NCBI GenBank assembly: GCA_964412695.1
Contig: CAYPPU010000006.1
Location: forward strand, 14,109-78,108
DNA: 64,000 nucleotides
Source of the DNA: an uncultured Alteromonadaceae bacterium
Lineage (GTDB): Bacteria; Pseudomonadota; Gammaproteobacteria; Pseudomonadales; Halieaceae
Reading direction: 5' to 3'
Position numbers and translations under genes: made by a program. Below are positions 18,435-30,086 of this stretch, piece by piece. Positions within the stretch are counted from its first letter, which is position 1. Each line of letters starts with the position of its first letter. Under the pieces are notes generated by a model, which searched no databases, was not told the origin of the DNA, and saw nothing but the letters and a program-made list of their open reading frames with translations.

Positions 18435-20626
18435 TGCATCGCTTTTTGGCGACCTGCCCGAAAGGCCTCGGTAGCCTGCTCAAACCAGAGCTTGAGCAAT
18501 TAGGGGCAGGCGCAGTGACCGAGACTGTCGCGGGTGTGGTTTTTGAGGCGCCGATGGCTGTGGCGTATCGAAGCTGTCTAAACAGTCGCCTTGCCAATCG
18601 CATTCTGTTGGTATTAAGCGAGTTTGCGGCCAACACAGGCGATGAACTATATCAGGGGGTCAAGCGTCTGCCGTGGACAGATCATTTGCGGGTGGGCAGT
18701 ACACTGGCGATCGATTTTTCAGGACGAAGCGACGATATCCGAAATACCCAATTTGGTGCGCAGCGTGCCAAGGATGCCATTGTCGACGTCTTTCGCGAGC
18801 GCGGACTGGCGCGCCCAAATGTCGATGTTAAACAGCCTGATCTCCGACTGAGTATTCGCCTTCATCGTGGCAAGGTGACCGTTGCCATAGATTTGTCCGG
18901 TGGCAGTTTGCACCAGCGTGGTTATCGTACTGATCCAGGTAAAGCACCCCTTAAAGAAAATCTAGCAGCGGCTGTTTTGTTGCGTGCGGGTTGGCCGGCA
19001 GCGGCAGAGCAGGGCTGGCCTCTGATTGATCCCATGTGCGGTTCGGGCACGCTGCTAATAGAGGCGGCGCTGATGGCGAAAAAGTCGCCGCCGGGTTTGC
19101 AGCGTCGACGCTGGGGATTCGATGGATGGCTGGGGCACGATCCCGCACAGTGGCAAGCCATTCGGGCCGCGGCGGAAAGTGGCATTGTGGAGCTGCCCGA
19201 CGGCTTAGAAATCCGAGGCTATGACGGTGATATTCGGGCCGTGCGGCGGGCCGAGGCACTTGTGGCCGAGCTTAATCTTCAGCGCTGGGTCCGCGTGCGC
19301 CCCAAAGCGCTGCGTGAGCTAACGCGGCCAAGCCATCGAGCTATGCCCGAGGGCTTACTTGTGTGTAATCCACCCTGGGGCGAGCGTTTGGGTAATACCG
19401 ATAGTGTCAGCCATTTATACAGGCATCTTGGAGAGACACTGCACCGAGAATTTCAGGGTTGGCACGCCGGCATTCTCACCTCAGGCCTTGAGTTAGGAAG
19501 AAAAATCGGATTGCGGAGCCACCGTCAATACGGGTTTAACAACGGCGCCATTGATGTGCACTTGCTGTTGTTCGAACTCACCAGTGATAACCGCCTTGCG
19601 CCAAAACAGACGGCGGCAGAGACACCCGAAGTCATCCCGATGGCTAAAGCCGGTGAGCAAGTTGCTGAGGCCGATGCGCTCACCGACGGCGCTCAGATGG
19701 TGGTCAATCGACTACGCAAAAACCGGCGACGACTCAACGGCTGGCTACAGCGTGAGCAGATTCAGTGTTTTCGCCTTTACGACGCCGATATGCCGGAGTA
19801 TGCAGTGGCCATTGATCTCTATAATGGGGTCCCCCATGTTGCCGAATATGCCCCGCCCAAACAGGTAGATGAAGCAGCTGCTACTCGACGGTTTGAAGAG
19901 GTCTTAAGTGCCGTGCGTGCGGAGTTGCAATTGCCCAGCAGTGCGACAATCGCCACTAAACGCCGGCAACGTCAGCGTGGCCAGAGCCAATATCGGCGCC
20001 AGGATTATCGACACGAAAAACTGGAGGTTCGGGAGGGTTCGGCACGGGTGTTGGTCAACTTGCACGATTATTTAGATACCGGGCTGTTTCTCGATCATCG
20101 GCCGTTGCGTATGCGTATTGGCCGTGAAGCCAAAGGCAAGCACTTTCTCAATTTATTCTGCTACACCGGGGTGGCGTCGATACATGCTGCCTTGGGCGGC
20201 GCAGTGACCTCGACCAGTGTCGATTTGTCTAATACATATCTGAGTTGGTACGGCGAAAATTTGGCTATCAATGGATTGTCAGAAAGGCAGCATCGAGCGG
20301 AGCGCTCCGACTGCCAGGCATGGCTCGATCGATGCGAGCGAAAATTTGATCTGATTTTGTTGGACCCTCCGTCTTTTTCTAACTCTAAGTCGACCGAGGC
20401 CAGTTTCGATGTGGCTCGCGACCAAGAGCCACTGGTGCGTGCCGCGATGTCAGTTTTAGCACCTGACGGGACCCTGTATTTCTCCAACAATCGGCGGGGC
20501 TTCAAGCTTGATGAGACCCTCAAGGACGCCTTCGAGGTGGAGAATATTACTGCCGAGACCATACCCCCAGATTTTGAGCGTCGACCCGACTGCCACCAGT
20601 GTTGGATGATTCGCCACCGGCGGTAA
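18434..20626 (+). CDS. rlmKL: Bifunctional 23S rRNA m2G2445/m7G2069 methyltransferase RlmKL
   Basis: THUMP region, APLKENLAAA, DPMCGSGT, NPPWGER, then YLDTGLFLDHR, LNLFCYTG, LDPPSFSNSK. Confidence 0.96.
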   Translation: MHRFLATCPKGLGSLLKPELEQLGAGAVTETVAGVVFEAPMAVAYRSCLNSRLANRILLVLSEFAANTGDELYQGVKRLPWTDHLRVGSTLAIDFSGRSDDIRNTQFGAQRAKDAIVDVFRERGLARPNVDVKQPDLRLSIRLHRGKVTVAIDLSGGSLHQRGYRTDPGKAPLKENLAAAVLLRAGWPAAAEQGWPLIDPMCGSGTLLIEAALMAKKSPPGLQRRRWGFDGWLGHDPAQWQAIRAAAESGIVELPDGLEIRGYDGDIRAVRRAEALVAELNLQRWVRVRPKALRELTRPSHRAMPEGLLVCNPPWGERLGNTDSVSHLYRHLGETLHREFQGWHAGILTSGLELGRKIGLRSHRQYGFNNGAIDVHLLLFELTSDNRLAPKQTAAETPEVIPMAKAGEQVAEADALTDGAQMVVNRLRKNRRRLNGWLQREQIQCFRLYDADMPEYAVAIDLYNGVPHVAEYAPPKQVDEAAATRRFEEVLSAVRAELQLPSSATIATKRRQRQRGQSQYRRQDYRHEKLEVREGSARVLVNLHDYLDTGLFLDHRPLRMRIGREAKGKHFLNLFCYTGVASIHAALGGAVTSTSVDLSNTYLSWYGENLAINGLSERQHRAERSDCQAWLDRCERKFDLILLDPPSFSNSKSTEASFDVARDQEPLVRAAMSVLAPDGTLYFSNNRRGFKLDETLKDAFEVENITAETIPPDFERRPDCHQCWMIRHRR

Positions 20627-20663
20627 AAACCCCAGTGCGCAGCCGTCCTTTTGGGGCCAAATA

Positions 20664-20680
20664 TGCTAGTATTCGCGCCT
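20664..20680 (+). promoter_or_regulatory. Candidate extended -10 promoter element for the leu operon
   Basis: TGcTAGTAT followed by the GC-rich discriminator-like TCGCGCC, about 95 nt upstream of leuC. Confidence 0.4.
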
Positions 20681-20765
20681 CTTTTTTTGCGTCCAGAGCG
20701 GGTGTGAGCACTAAGCACATACCGCATTCGCTCGCGGCGCCTCAACCTTAAGCGGTGACAAGAAC

Positions 20766-22193
20766 ATGGCCCAGACCTTGTACGACAAACTGTGGGATAG
20801 CCATCTGGTGGAAGAGCGGGAAGACGGCACCGCGTTGATTTACATTGATCGACAGCTTCTGCATGAGGTGACCTCACCGCAAGCATTTGAAGGGCTCACA
20901 CTAGCTGGCCGCCAGCCTTGGCGTTTAAGCGCAAGCATTGCGGTACCGGATCACAACGTCTCTACCGATACGCTAGAACGTGCGGGTGGCTTAGAGGCGC
21001 TCGAGGATGCGGTGTCGCGCATTCAGCTTAAGGCCTTAGACGATAACTGTGCACATTTTGGTGTGCCCGAGATTCCGCTCAACGACGTACGCCAGGGTAT
21101 TGTCCATGTCATGGGGCCCGAGCAGGGTGCGACCTTGCCCGGCATGACGATTGTCTGTGGCGACTCTCACACCTCAACCCATGGAGCGCTGGGCGCCCTC
21201 GCGCACGGCATTGGCACCTCTGAGGTGGAGCACGTGCTGGCGACGGGCTGCCTGATTCAGCGAAAGATGAAGAGTTTTCGCATTACGGTGAACGGCGAAC
21301 TGGGATTTGGTGTCACTGCCAAGGATTTGGCGTTGGCCATTATCGGAAAAATTGGTACCGCCGGCGGTACGGGTTATGCCCTAGAGTTTGATGGCTCAGC
21401 GGTGGCAGCGTTGAGCATGGAAGGGCGCATGACCTTGTGCAACATGGCGATTGAGGCAGGTGCTCGTGCGGGTCTAGTGGCTGTAGATCAGGCCACCCTG
21501 GATTACGTTAAAGACAAGCCGTTTGCACCTAAGGGTGAGCAGTGGCAGCAGGCCGAGGCTTGGTGGCGCACACTGCACAGCGACCCCGATGCGGTATTTG
21601 ATCGTGAGTTGACCCTCGAGGGTGCCGCGATTTCCCCGCAGGTGACCTGGGGTACTTCTCCAGAGATGGTAACGGCTATTGATGCCTGTGTACCGACCGC
21701 CGATGACATGGCCGATGACACCGCCAAGCGGGGCTTGGATCGTGCCTTGGAATACATGGGCCTAGAGGCGGGCATGGCTATCTCAGACATCGCGCCCAAT
21801 GTGGTGTTCATCGGCTCCTGCACTAACTCCCGAATCGAGGACATGCGTGCGGCCGCGGCTGTCGTCAAAGGCCGTAAAGTCGCTCCGGGTATCAAGAGGG
21901 CGATGGTGGTCCCGGGATCGGGCTTGGTCAAGCAACAGGCTGAATCAGAAGGTTTGCATCAGATCTTTATAGATGCGGGCATGGAGTGGCGTGAGCCCGG
22001 CTGTTCGATGTGCCTTGCCATGAATGCCGACCGTTTAGAGCCGGGCGATCGCTGTGCCAGCACCAGCAACCGTAATTTCGAGGGGCGGCAGGGCTTCGGA
22101 GGGCGCACTCACTTGGTCAGCCCTGCCATGGCGGCGGCAGCAGCCATTACCGGCCGCTTTGTCGATGTGCGTAGCCTAGAGGGAGTGAACTGA
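20766..22193 (+). CDS. leuC: 3-isopropylmalate dehydratase large subunit
   Basis: [51 protein letters not shown]. Confidence 0.98.
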   Translation: MAQTLYDKLWDSHLVEEREDGTALIYIDRQLLHEVTSPQAFEGLTLAGRQPWRLSASIAVPDHNVSTDTLERAGGLEALEDAVSRIQLKALDDNCAHFGVPEIPLNDVRQGIVHVMGPEQGATLPGMTIVCGDSHTSTHGALGALAHGIGTSEVEHVLATGCLIQRKMKSFRITVNGELGFGVTAKDLALAIIGKIGTAGGTGYALEFDGSAVAALSMEGRMTLCNMAIEAGARAGLVAVDQATLDYVKDKPFAPKGEQWQQAEAWWRTLHSDPDAVFDRELTLEGAAISPQVTWGTSPEMVTAIDACVPTADDMADDTAKRGLDRALEYMGLEAGMAISDIAPNVVFIGSCTNSRIEDMRAAAAVVKGRKVAPGIKRAMVVPGSGLVKQQAESEGLHQIFIDAGMEWREPGCSMCLAMNADRLEPGDRCASTSNRNFEGRQGFGGRTHLVSPAMAAAAAITGRFVDVRSLEGVN

Positions 22194-22846
22194 TGGAAGC
22201 CTTCACAGTATTGAAGGGGTTGGTTGCCCCTATGGATCGCGCCAACGTCGATACCGATCTCATTATCCCCAAGCAGTTTTTGAAGTCGATCAAGCGGAGT
22301 GGTTTCGGCCCCAATCTGTTTGATGAATTGCGCTATCTTGATCATGGTGAGCCCGATCAGGACAACAGCTTGCGCCCCCAAAACCCCGATTTTCCGCTCA
22401 ACTTCGACCGCTATCGGGGCGCATCGGTGCTGCTGGCTCGGGAGAATTTTGGTTGTGGCTCAAGTCGGGAGCATGCGCCCTGGGCGCTCGTCGACTTCGG
22501 TTTTCGCTGCGTTATTGCCCCGAGTTTTGCCGATATTTTCCGTTCCAACTGCTTTAAGAATGGATTGTTGCCGATCCAGCTTCCGGCCGACGTGGTCGAC
22601 GGTTTATTTGCAGCGATGTATGCCGAAGAGGGTTATAGCCTAACGGTAGACCTTGAGCAGCAGTTGATAGCGTTGCCCACGGGAGCGCAAATAACGTTTG
22701 AGATTGATCCGTTCCGCCGTGATTGCTTGCTGCGAGGCCTCGATGACATTGGCATCACGCTGCAAAGTGAGTCTGCTATTAAGGCCTTTGAAGCGTCACA
22801 TCGAGAGCGTTTCCCCTGGGTCTTCGAAACTTTGGATGTATCATGA
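22193..22846 (+). CDS. leuD: 3-isopropylmalate dehydratase small subunit
   Basis: [13 protein letters not shown] and [15 protein letters not shown]. Confidence 0.98.
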   Translation: MEAFTVLKGLVAPMDRANVDTDLIIPKQFLKSIKRSGFGPNLFDELRYLDHGEPDQDNSLRPQNPDFPLNFDRYRGASVLLARENFGCGSSREHAPWALVDFGFRCVIAPSFADIFRSNCFKNGLLPIQLPADVVDGLFAAMYAEEGYSLTVDLEQQLIALPTGAQITFEIDPFRRDCLLRGLDDIGITLQSESAIKAFEASHRERFPWVFETLDVS

Positions 22847-23919
22847 CCCAATCGATTCTATTACTACCCGGTGACGGGATTGGCCCTGAAGTGGTTGCAC
22901 AGGCGGAGCGTGTTTTGCGCGTTGTCGCAGAGCGCTTCCATTTGGATCTGGATTTCCAGAGTGGCGATCTAGGAGGTATTGCCATTGATCGTCAAGGCGC
23001 TGCCTATCCCGAATCAACGCGAGCCTTGGCAAAAGCGGCTGACGCCATATTGTTGGGTGCTGTGGGTGGTCCAAAGTGGGATCAGCTACCGGCAGCTGAG
23101 CGACCCGAGCGGGGCTTATTAGCCATCCGGGCTGATCTCGATCTGTTTGCCAATCTACGTCCTGCTATTTTGTATCCGCAGCTAGCAGGAGCCTCGAGTC
23201 TGAAGGCAGAGCTGGTTGCGGGATTGGACATTCTTATTGTTCGAGAGTTAACCGGCGGCATTTACTTTGGAGAACCTCGGGGAATTCGCACGTTGGATTC
23301 GGGTGAACGTGAGGGTTTTAATACTTATGTCTACCGCGAAAGCGAAATCGAGCGTATTGCGCGCTTGGCCTTTGAATTGGCTGAAAAGCGTGATGGTCGG
23401 GTGACCTCAGTCGATAAAGCGAACGTGCTTGAAGTGACCCAACTGTGGCGGGAAAAAGTGAGCCAGATTGCTGACGATTACCCAAACGTGGCGCTTGACC
23501 ATATTTACGTCGATAACGCCGCCATGCAATTGGTTCGCGCGCCCAAGCAATTTGACGTGCTGGTGACGGGCAATATTTTTGGTGACATTTTGTCAGACAC
23601 TGCGGCGATGCTAACTGGCTCCATTGGCATGTTGCCCTCAGCGTCGTTGAATGCCCAGTCGAAGGGTATGTACGAGCCCGTGCATGGCTCAGCCCCCGAT
23701 ATTGCCGGGCAGGATTTAGCCAATCCTCTGGCCACTATATTGTCGGCGGCTATGATGTTGCGCTATTCGCTTGACGCGGAGCCTGCCGCTGATGCTGTCG
23801 AGCAGGCAGTGTCTGCGGTCTTGGATCAGGGATTGCGGACGGGCGACATAGCCGAGCAAGGTGTGATCCCTATTGGTACAACCGCGATGGGTGATGCGGT
23901 TATCGCCTGCTTGAATTAA
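22843..23919 (+). CDS. leuB: 3-isopropylmalate dehydrogenase
   Basis: [40 protein letters not shown]. Confidence 0.98.
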   Translation: MTQSILLLPGDGIGPEVVAQAERVLRVVAERFHLDLDFQSGDLGGIAIDRQGAAYPESTRALAKAADAILLGAVGGPKWDQLPAAERPERGLLAIRADLDLFANLRPAILYPQLAGASSLKAELVAGLDILIVRELTGGIYFGEPRGIRTLDSGEREGFNTYVYRESEIERIARLAFELAEKRDGRVTSVDKANVLEVTQLWREKVSQIADDYPNVALDHIYVDNAAMQLVRAPKQFDVLVTGNIFGDILSDTAAMLTGSIGMLPSASLNAQSKGMYEPVHGSAPDIAGQDLANPLATILSAAMMLRYSLDAEPAADAVEQAVSAVLDQGLRTGDIAEQGVIPIGTTAMGDAVIACLN

Positions 23920-23941
23920 TTGAATACAGAGTAAAAACGCT

Positions 23942-24964
23942 ATGAGTGAAGGTGTAAACGTTGCTGTGGTGGGTGCTACCGGTGCCGTTGGCGAGGCCAT
24001 GATTGAAATTCTCGAGCAGCGCGATTTTCCTGTAAAACAACTGTTTGCCCTGGCTTCGGCTCGCTCGGCGGGGAAAACAATTAGGTTTCGTGGTAAGTCG
24101 GTGAGCGTGACTGACTTGGCAGAATTCGATTTCTCGCAGGCGCAGATTGGCCTCTTTTCTGCCGGTGGTTCAATCTCGGAAGAGTATGCCCCCAAAGCGG
24201 CCGCGGCTGGCTGTGTGGTTGTAGATAACACCTCGCATTTCCGCCGCGATGAGAACATCCCCCTGGTGGTTCCTGAGGTCAATCCCCATGCCATAGCCCA
24301 ATATACCCAGCGCGGCATTATTGCCAACCCAAATTGCTCAACCATTGGCATGCTGGTGGCGTTGAAACCCATCCGCGATGCGGTCGGGATTGAGCGGATA
24401 AATGTCGCAACCTACCAGGCTGTGAGTGGCACCGGTAAAGAGGCCATTGAGGAGTTAGCGACTCAGACTGCAAAACTTTTAAACGGTCAGCCCATCACCC
24501 CCGAGGTATATCCCAAGCAGATAGCCTTTAATGCACTGCCGCACATCGATACCTTTCAGGATAACGGTTACACCCGCGAAGAAATGAAAATGGTCTGGGA
24601 AACCCAGAAAATCTTTGAGGATGACAGCATCCAGGTTAACCCAACCTGTGTCCGGATCCCGGTTTTCTTCGGGCACTCTGAAGCAGTTCACATCGAAACC
24701 CGCGATAAAATTTCAGCCGAGCAGGCCCGGGTCCTGTTGCAAAACGCTCCCGGTGTTGTGGTGGTTGATGAACGCCAGGACGGAGGTTATCCCACCCCGG
24801 TTTCCGATTCCGCGGGCAAAGACCCGGTCTTTGTGGGACGTATTCGGGAGGATATCTCGCACCCCCGCGGATTGAACTTGTGGGTCGTGTCTGACAACGT
24901 TCGCAAGGGCGCCGCACTCAATAGCATTCAAATCGCAGAGCTTCTGTTGTCAGAATACCTGTAA
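23942..24964 (+). CDS. asd: Aspartate-semialdehyde dehydrogenase
   Basis: VGATGAVG, ANPNCST, GHSEAV, DNVRKGAALN. Confidence 0.97.
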   Translation: MSEGVNVAVVGATGAVGEAMIEILEQRDFPVKQLFALASARSAGKTIRFRGKSVSVTDLAEFDFSQAQIGLFSAGGSISEEYAPKAAAAGCVVVDNTSHFRRDENIPLVVPEVNPHAIAQYTQRGIIANPNCSTIGMLVALKPIRDAVGIERINVATYQAVSGTGKEAIEELATQTAKLLNGQPITPEVYPKQIAFNALPHIDTFQDNGYTREEMKMVWETQKIFEDDSIQVNPTCVRIPVFFGHSEAVHIETRDKISAEQARVLLQNAPGVVVVDERQDGGYPTPVSDSAGKDPVFVGRIREDISHPRGLNLWVVSDNVRKGAALNSIQIAELLLSEYL

Positions 24965-25087
24965 TTTTGCCCACCACGGCGTGGGTTACCCCGGCGCGCT
25001 ATTAATGGTACAACACGCTCTTGAGCGTTTAGTATTTGAACTTTTGCGCGAGCTATACTCACCAACAGCTTGTTAAGTGGGGAATTA

Positions 25088-27340
25088 ATGGCACTGTACA
25101 GTCGGGCAGCACTGCTGATGGCAACCTTTGGGTTACTGTCGCCGACCGCCTTAGGTCTTGGCCTAGGCGAGGTCAATGTGCAGTCTTACTTAAATGAGCC
25201 ACTGCGCGCCGAAGTCGCTTTGCTCGACGTTCAGCGCACTAACTCCGACGATATCCGTGTACGACTCGCCAACCAAGAAGAGTTCGACCGCATGGGGTCG
25301 GAGCGCAACTACTTTTTATTGGGTATTCAGTTCGACGTCCGAATTGAAAACGGTATTGGCAAGGTGCTGCTCTCTACAGAACAGCCGCTGCTAGAGCCCT
25401 ACCTCGATTTGGTAATAGAGGCTCGCTGGCCGACGGGACGCTTACTGCGCGAGTACACCTTGCTCATCGATTTGCCTCCAGCGATTAAGCCCACGCCGGT
25501 TCAAGTCAGTAGCAAAGCGTCGGCGGCAGTGGCCGCTGAGCCTGAGCCAATGACAGTAACTTCGCCTGCTTCAGTGAATTCGACTCCGCCCCTGCGGGTA
25601 GCCACGCGACAATATGACAGTGATACCGAGCCTAAGCCTGAGGCCGGCGGACGTTATTTAGTAACCAAGGAAGATACGCTGTGGCGTATCGCTGCCGCCG
25701 CTCGACCTGAGGGTGCGACCGTTGAGGAGACCATGTTTGCCATTCTTGAGATGAATGGTGACGCCTTTAATGGCCGTAACATTAATGGCCTCCGAGCCGG
25801 CTATGTACTTGAGTTACCCACGAGTCGGGAAATTATGCTGTCGGTGGGGGAAGCGATTCAGGCCGTGCGCCGACACAATGATGATTGGGAAGCAGGCGTC
25901 GCTTACACGCCGGCGGTCCGCGTGGTCGCTGATGACGAACTGCCCGAGGAGGCCGTATCGGCTGCAGTGGCAGGTGATGACGAAGAAAGGGCTGTCGCAG
26001 CTGAGTCACAGAGCCTGGGTGCAGCAGGAGATGCTGACGGAGATGATGAGTTTGAGACCGTAGGCCTTGATGATTCGCCCGTTGTCGACCAACGTGCCGA
26101 GCAGCTAGACGCTATTCGGTCGCGTGTTGACGTGTTGGCGGATCAGGTTGTGGAGCTTGAAAGCACTCTGGACATGAAAGACCGGGAGATCGCGGCTCTA
26201 CAAAGTCGTTTGCAGAAACAGGCGGCAGCCGCCAGCGTGCAGTCTGATGCGGCCCAACCTAATAGTTCGCTCATTTACTGGGTTTATGGTTTGATCGCGG
26301 CCAACCTGTTAACCGCGGCGGCTTTTTTCGCGTACCGTCGCCGGGTTAACGCCCGAGCTAGCGACACGGTAGATTCGGCAAGCGCGCCGTCTGTCGTTGA
26401 AGCGCCTCCAAGCGAGTCGGTTGCTGCGGGATCTGACGTTGCGGGCGCCGAGGCTCAAGACTCATCTACCCTGGATGCTTTATCCGAAGCCGATATCTAC
26501 ATAGCCTACGAGCGCCATCAACAAGCGCTCAACGTGCTGCAGCAGGCGCTGAGTCAATCACCGGACAATGCCGCGCTGTGCTTAAAAATGTTGCAGGTGC
26601 ACCTGTTAATGGAACAGCGGCAATCGGCTGAAGCCATGTTGGTGCAGTTGCGTCGGATTGGCGATGAACAAGGTGTGTCCGAAGCCGAGAAGCTATTGGC
26701 GGATAAGCCGCTGCAAAGCTCAGCCCCTGAAGCGGCCCCGGCGGCATTTAATGCCCCTACAGACGATAGAGAAGTGGTCTTTTCGAATGCGTCTATGGGG
26801 GCCGAGCTCTCGGCTCCTGAGACCGATGGTAGCGATGAGGCTGGTTCTGCCTGGCAGCCGACGGCCACTGAGATTGGTTCCAGTCCCACCCCGGAAATGT
26901 CCTCAGTTGAAGAAACTGCAGCGTTGGCTGAGGACTCGGTGAATGAGATCAGCTGGGAGTCAGACGACGCATCGAATTCATCTGATGCGGATGACGCAGA
27001 GGATGCCATGACATTGCCCAATTGGGGCAGTATGGACGAGTCGGTGCAGCCCGCGGTAGAGCGTGCAGAGAGCGGCGATCTTGATAGCGACGACGCACTG
27101 CCGGCCCTGGAGTTAGAGCTTGAATTGTCAGAGCTAGAAACCGCGACATCTGACAATGCTGATGAAGATCTTATGTTTGCCAGCGACAGTGATCCTATGG
27201 AAACCAAACTCGATTTGGCACGCGCCTATATCGATATGGGCGATGAGGAGGGTGCTCGCCCAGTGTTGCAAGAAGTCGCCGACGGCGGCACGTTACAGCA
27301 GCAAGCTGAGGCCCGGCAGCTACTCACTCGTCTTTCCTAG
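25088..27340 (+). CDS. fimV: FimV/HubP-family polar landmark protein
   Basis: LGLGEVNVQSYLNEPL N-terminus, LysM-like DTLWRIA, one TM helix, EADIYIAYER TPR, acidic linker, KLDLARAYIDMGD C-terminus. Confidence 0.93.
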   Translation: MALYSRAALLMATFGLLSPTALGLGLGEVNVQSYLNEPLRAEVALLDVQRTNSDDIRVRLANQEEFDRMGSERNYFLLGIQFDVRIENGIGKVLLSTEQPLLEPYLDLVIEARWPTGRLLREYTLLIDLPPAIKPTPVQVSSKASAAVAAEPEPMTVTSPASVNSTPPLRVATRQYDSDTEPKPEAGGRYLVTKEDTLWRIAAAARPEGATVEETMFAILEMNGDAFNGRNINGLRAGYVLELPTSREIMLSVGEAIQAVRRHNDDWEAGVAYTPAVRVVADDELPEEAVSAAVAGDDEERAVAAESQSLGAAGDADGDDEFETVGLDDSPVVDQRAEQLDAIRSRVDVLADQVVELESTLDMKDREIAALQSRLQKQAAAASVQSDAAQPNSSLIYWVYGLIAANLLTAAAFFAYRRRVNARASDTVDSASAPSVVEAPPSESVAAGSDVAGAEAQDSSTLDALSEADIYIAYERHQQALNVLQQALSQSPDNAALCLKMLQVHLLMEQRQSAEAMLVQLRRIGDEQGVSEAEKLLADKPLQSSAPEAAPAAFNAPTDDREVVFSNASMGAELSAPETDGSDEAGSAWQPTATEIGSSPTPEMSSVEETAALAEDSVNEISWESDDASNSSDADDAEDAMTLPNWGSMDESVQPAVERAESGDLDSDDALPALELELELSELETATSDNADEDLMFASDSDPMETKLDLARAYIDMGDEEGARPVLQEVADGGTLQQQAEARQLLTRLS

Positions 27341-27346
27341 CAAATT

Positions 27347-28177
27347 ATGTTTGACGCCAGTGCTTGGCCGGCAGGTACCCGTGTGGCGCTGGGTATTGAG
27401 TACGACGGCTCGGCGTTTCACGGCTGGCAGGCGCAACCCCACCTAGACTGCGCTACGGTGCAGGAAGCCCTAGACAGCGCGCTTTCCCAGATTGCCGCGC
27501 TACCTATACGCAGTCATTGCGCGGGTCGGACTGATACTGGCGTGCACGGCCTGGGGCAGGTTGTTCATTTTGAAGACCCTGTCGGACGCAGCGAGAAAGC
27601 TTGGGTCTTGGGGACGAATACTGTATTGCCCGCCAGTATTCGGGTCCATTGGGCGCGCTCGGTCCCAGATTCATTTCATGCCCGCCACAGCGCTACGGGG
27701 CGCCGCTATCGCTTTGTCATCGCCAACACCACGGTGTACTCGGCGTTATTGGTTGGTCGGGTGACACCTTACAGGCGCCCCTTAGATCATCAAAGCATGC
27801 ACAGGGCGGCACAGGCCCTAATAGGAGAGCATGACTTTAGTGCTTTTCGTGCGGCCCAGTGCCAGGCTCAGAGCCCCGTGCGTGAGGTTACGGCGTTAAC
27901 GGTCACTCGAGAGGGTAGCTTTGTCTTTATCGATATCGCTGCCAACGCATTTTTACACCACATGGTGCGTAATATTGCCGGCAGCTTATTGATGGTTGGC
28001 GCTGGGTTGCGCCCCGAGGCATGGATTGCTGAGTTATTGGGGGGGCGGGATCGCACGCTAGCCGCGGATACGGCGGCCGGGTCGGGCTTGTACTTAGCGG
28101 CAGTGGATTATCCAGATGAATATAGCTTGCCGAGTGCTCCAGAGGGCCCCTTTTTGTTAGCGGGATTCGGTGTTTAA
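27347..28177 (+). CDS. truA: tRNA pseudouridine(38-40) synthase
   Basis: EYDGSAFHGWQ, AGRTDTGVH, HDFSAFR, FLHHMVRNI. Confidence 0.97.
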   Translation: MFDASAWPAGTRVALGIEYDGSAFHGWQAQPHLDCATVQEALDSALSQIAALPIRSHCAGRTDTGVHGLGQVVHFEDPVGRSEKAWVLGTNTVLPASIRVHWARSVPDSFHARHSATGRRYRFVIANTTVYSALLVGRVTPYRRPLDHQSMHRAAQALIGEHDFSAFRAAQCQAQSPVREVTALTVTREGSFVFIDIAANAFLHHMVRNIAGSLLMVGAGLRPEAWIAELLGGRDRTLAADTAAGSGLYLAAVDYPDEYSLPSAPEGPFLLAGFGV

Positions 28178-28232
28178 GGCGCAGGTCTGCTAAACTTCAC
28201 CGCCGTTTCCGATGGCCAGTGAGGACAACCCA

Positions 28233-28844
28233 ATGCGGGTAAAAATATGTGGCATTACCCGCCCTGAGGATGCGCTGGCGGCGGCGGCGGCCGGTGCCGA
28301 TGCGATCGGATTGGTATTTTGGGAAAAGAGTAAGCGCGCGGTCACCGTGACCCGAGCGCAAGAGATTTGTCGAGTGCTGCCGCCGTTTGTGTCGGCAGTG
28401 GGTCTATTTGTTAATCCCGAGGCTGATTGGGTCGACAAGGTAACCTCGCAAGTGCCCCTCGATGTCTTGCAATTCCACGGGGAAGAATCGCCGGCATTTT
28501 GTCAGCGTTGGCAGCGTCCCTATATCAAGGCGTTGCCTGTTACCAACGCGGCACAACTGCGCGCCGATATGGCGCGGTACGCGTCGGCGCGAGCGCTGCT
28601 GCTAGATGCGGTGCACGATGGTCAATTTGGTGGTACCGGCGCTACTTTTGATTGGGATCAGGTGCCAGCGGATCTCGCGGGGAAGGTGGTTTTGGCGGGT
28701 GGCTTGCATGCTGACAATGTGGCCGATGGTATTCGCGCGGTCAAACCCAGTGCTGTGGACGTCAGTAGCGGCGTCGAAAGTGAACCGGGCGTGAAAGACC
28801 CCAGTAAAATACAACGATTTATTCAAGCTGCAAGGGCGGCCTGA
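28233..28844 (+). CDS. trpF: Phosphoribosylanthranilate isomerase
   Basis: VKICGIT, LQFHGEE, GGTGATFDW, DVSSGVE. ATG at 28233 follows a GAGGA SD. Confidence 0.97.
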   Translation: MRVKICGITRPEDALAAAAAGADAIGLVFWEKSKRAVTVTRAQEICRVLPPFVSAVGLFVNPEADWVDKVTSQVPLDVLQFHGEESPAFCQRWQRPYIKALPVTNAAQLRADMARYASARALLLDAVHDGQFGGTGATFDWDQVPADLAGKVVLAGGLHADNVADGIRAVKPSAVDVSSGVESEPGVKDPSKIQRFIQAARAA

Positions 28845-28857
28845 CAGGAAATAAACT

Positions 28858-30078
28858 ATGACGGTGGACGTTCGCTCTGAGTTATTTGACTCAGTACCTG
28901 ATCAATTTGGCCGCTTTGGGCAATACGGTGGGAAATTTGTAGCCGAGACATTGATGTCCGCGCTTGAAGAGTTGGAGGCACTCTATCGCCGGCTATCGCA
29001 GGATGCTGACTTCCAGCGGGAATTCGACGCAGACCTAGCGCACTATGTGGGCCGACCTTCACCCCTTTATGAGGCTGCGCGTATTTCTGATGAAATCGGC
29101 GGCGCTCGAATCTTTCTTAAGCGCGAAGATTTAAACCATACCGGCGCTCACAAGGTCAACAATACGATCGGGCAGGCCCTTTTGGCGAAGCACATGGGTA
29201 AAAAGCGGGTTATCGCGGAAACGGGCGCAGGGCAGCACGGTGTAGCCTCGGCTACTGTGGCGGCGCGTCTAGGGCTGGAATGTCAGGTATTTATGGGCGC
29301 TGAGGATGTGAAGCGACAGGCACTAAATGTCTATCGCATGAAGTTATTGGGCGCCCAGGTTATTCCTGTTACGTCGGGGTCAAAAACCTTAAAAGACGCC
29401 ATGAATGAGGCGCTCAGGGATTGGGTTACCCATGTCGATGATACCTTTTACATCATAGGAACCGTTGCGGGTCCGCATCCCTATCCCATGCTGGTGCGCG
29501 ATTTCCAAAGTGTTATTGGGCGAGAGGCGCGCGAGCAATCCCTGGCGCAGACTGGCCGTTTGCCCGACGCCTTAGTAGCTTGCGTGGGTGGTGGCTCTAA
29601 CGCTATCGGACTGTTTCATCCGTTCTTGGCCGACGAATCGGTAGCGATGTACGGTGTCGAGGCTGGTGGTCACGGCATTGAAACCGGCGAGCATGCAGCG
29701 CCACTCTCTGCCGGTTCTCCCGGTGTGTTGCACGGCAATCGAACCTATTTGATGCAGGACGAAAACGGCCAAATTCAACACACACATTCGGTATCAGCCG
29801 GTTTGGATTATCCCGGCGTCGGACCCGAACACGCCTGGCTCAAAGACATTGGTCGGGTCAATTACGTCGCAGCCAACGATGATGAAGCGCTTGCTGCTTT
29901 TCATCGGTGGACAAAGACGGAGGGCATAATGCCGGCGCTGGAAACGGCGCACGCCTTGGCCTATGCGGAAAAGTTGGCCGCAGAAATGGCGCCATCTCAG
30001 CAGATCATTGTCAATTTATCGGGGCGCGGAGATAAGGATATCCTGACTGTGGCCGCAATTGACGGTATTGAGGTGTAG
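28858..30078 (+). CDS. trpB: Tryptophan synthase beta subunit
   Basis: [37 protein letters not shown]. Confidence 0.98.
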   Translation: MTVDVRSELFDSVPDQFGRFGQYGGKFVAETLMSALEELEALYRRLSQDADFQREFDADLAHYVGRPSPLYEAARISDEIGGARIFLKREDLNHTGAHKVNNTIGQALLAKHMGKKRVIAETGAGQHGVASATVAARLGLECQVFMGAEDVKRQALNVYRMKLLGAQVIPVTSGSKTLKDAMNEALRDWVTHVDDTFYIIGTVAGPHPYPMLVRDFQSVIGREAREQSLAQTGRLPDALVACVGGGSNAIGLFHPFLADESVAMYGVEAGGHGIETGEHAAPLSAGSPGVLHGNRTYLMQDENGQIQHTHSVSAGLDYPGVGPEHAWLKDIGRVNYVAANDDEALAAFHRWTKTEGIMPALETAHALAYAEKLAAEMAPSQQIIVNLSGRGDKDILTVAAIDGIEV

Positions 30079-30086
30079 GAACAGTC

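Noticed and set aside
20161-20886. 241-aa minus-strand ORF over rlmKL/leuC
   Set aside because: Antisense to well-supported genes with no recognisable motif.
23716-24372. 218-aa minus-strand ORF
   Set aside because: Antisense shadow of leuB/asd.
26554-27207. Ser-rich 217-aa minus-strand ORF and acidic low-complexity region
   Set aside because: Mirror of the normal acidic FimV linker. No tandem DNA repeat unit is visible.
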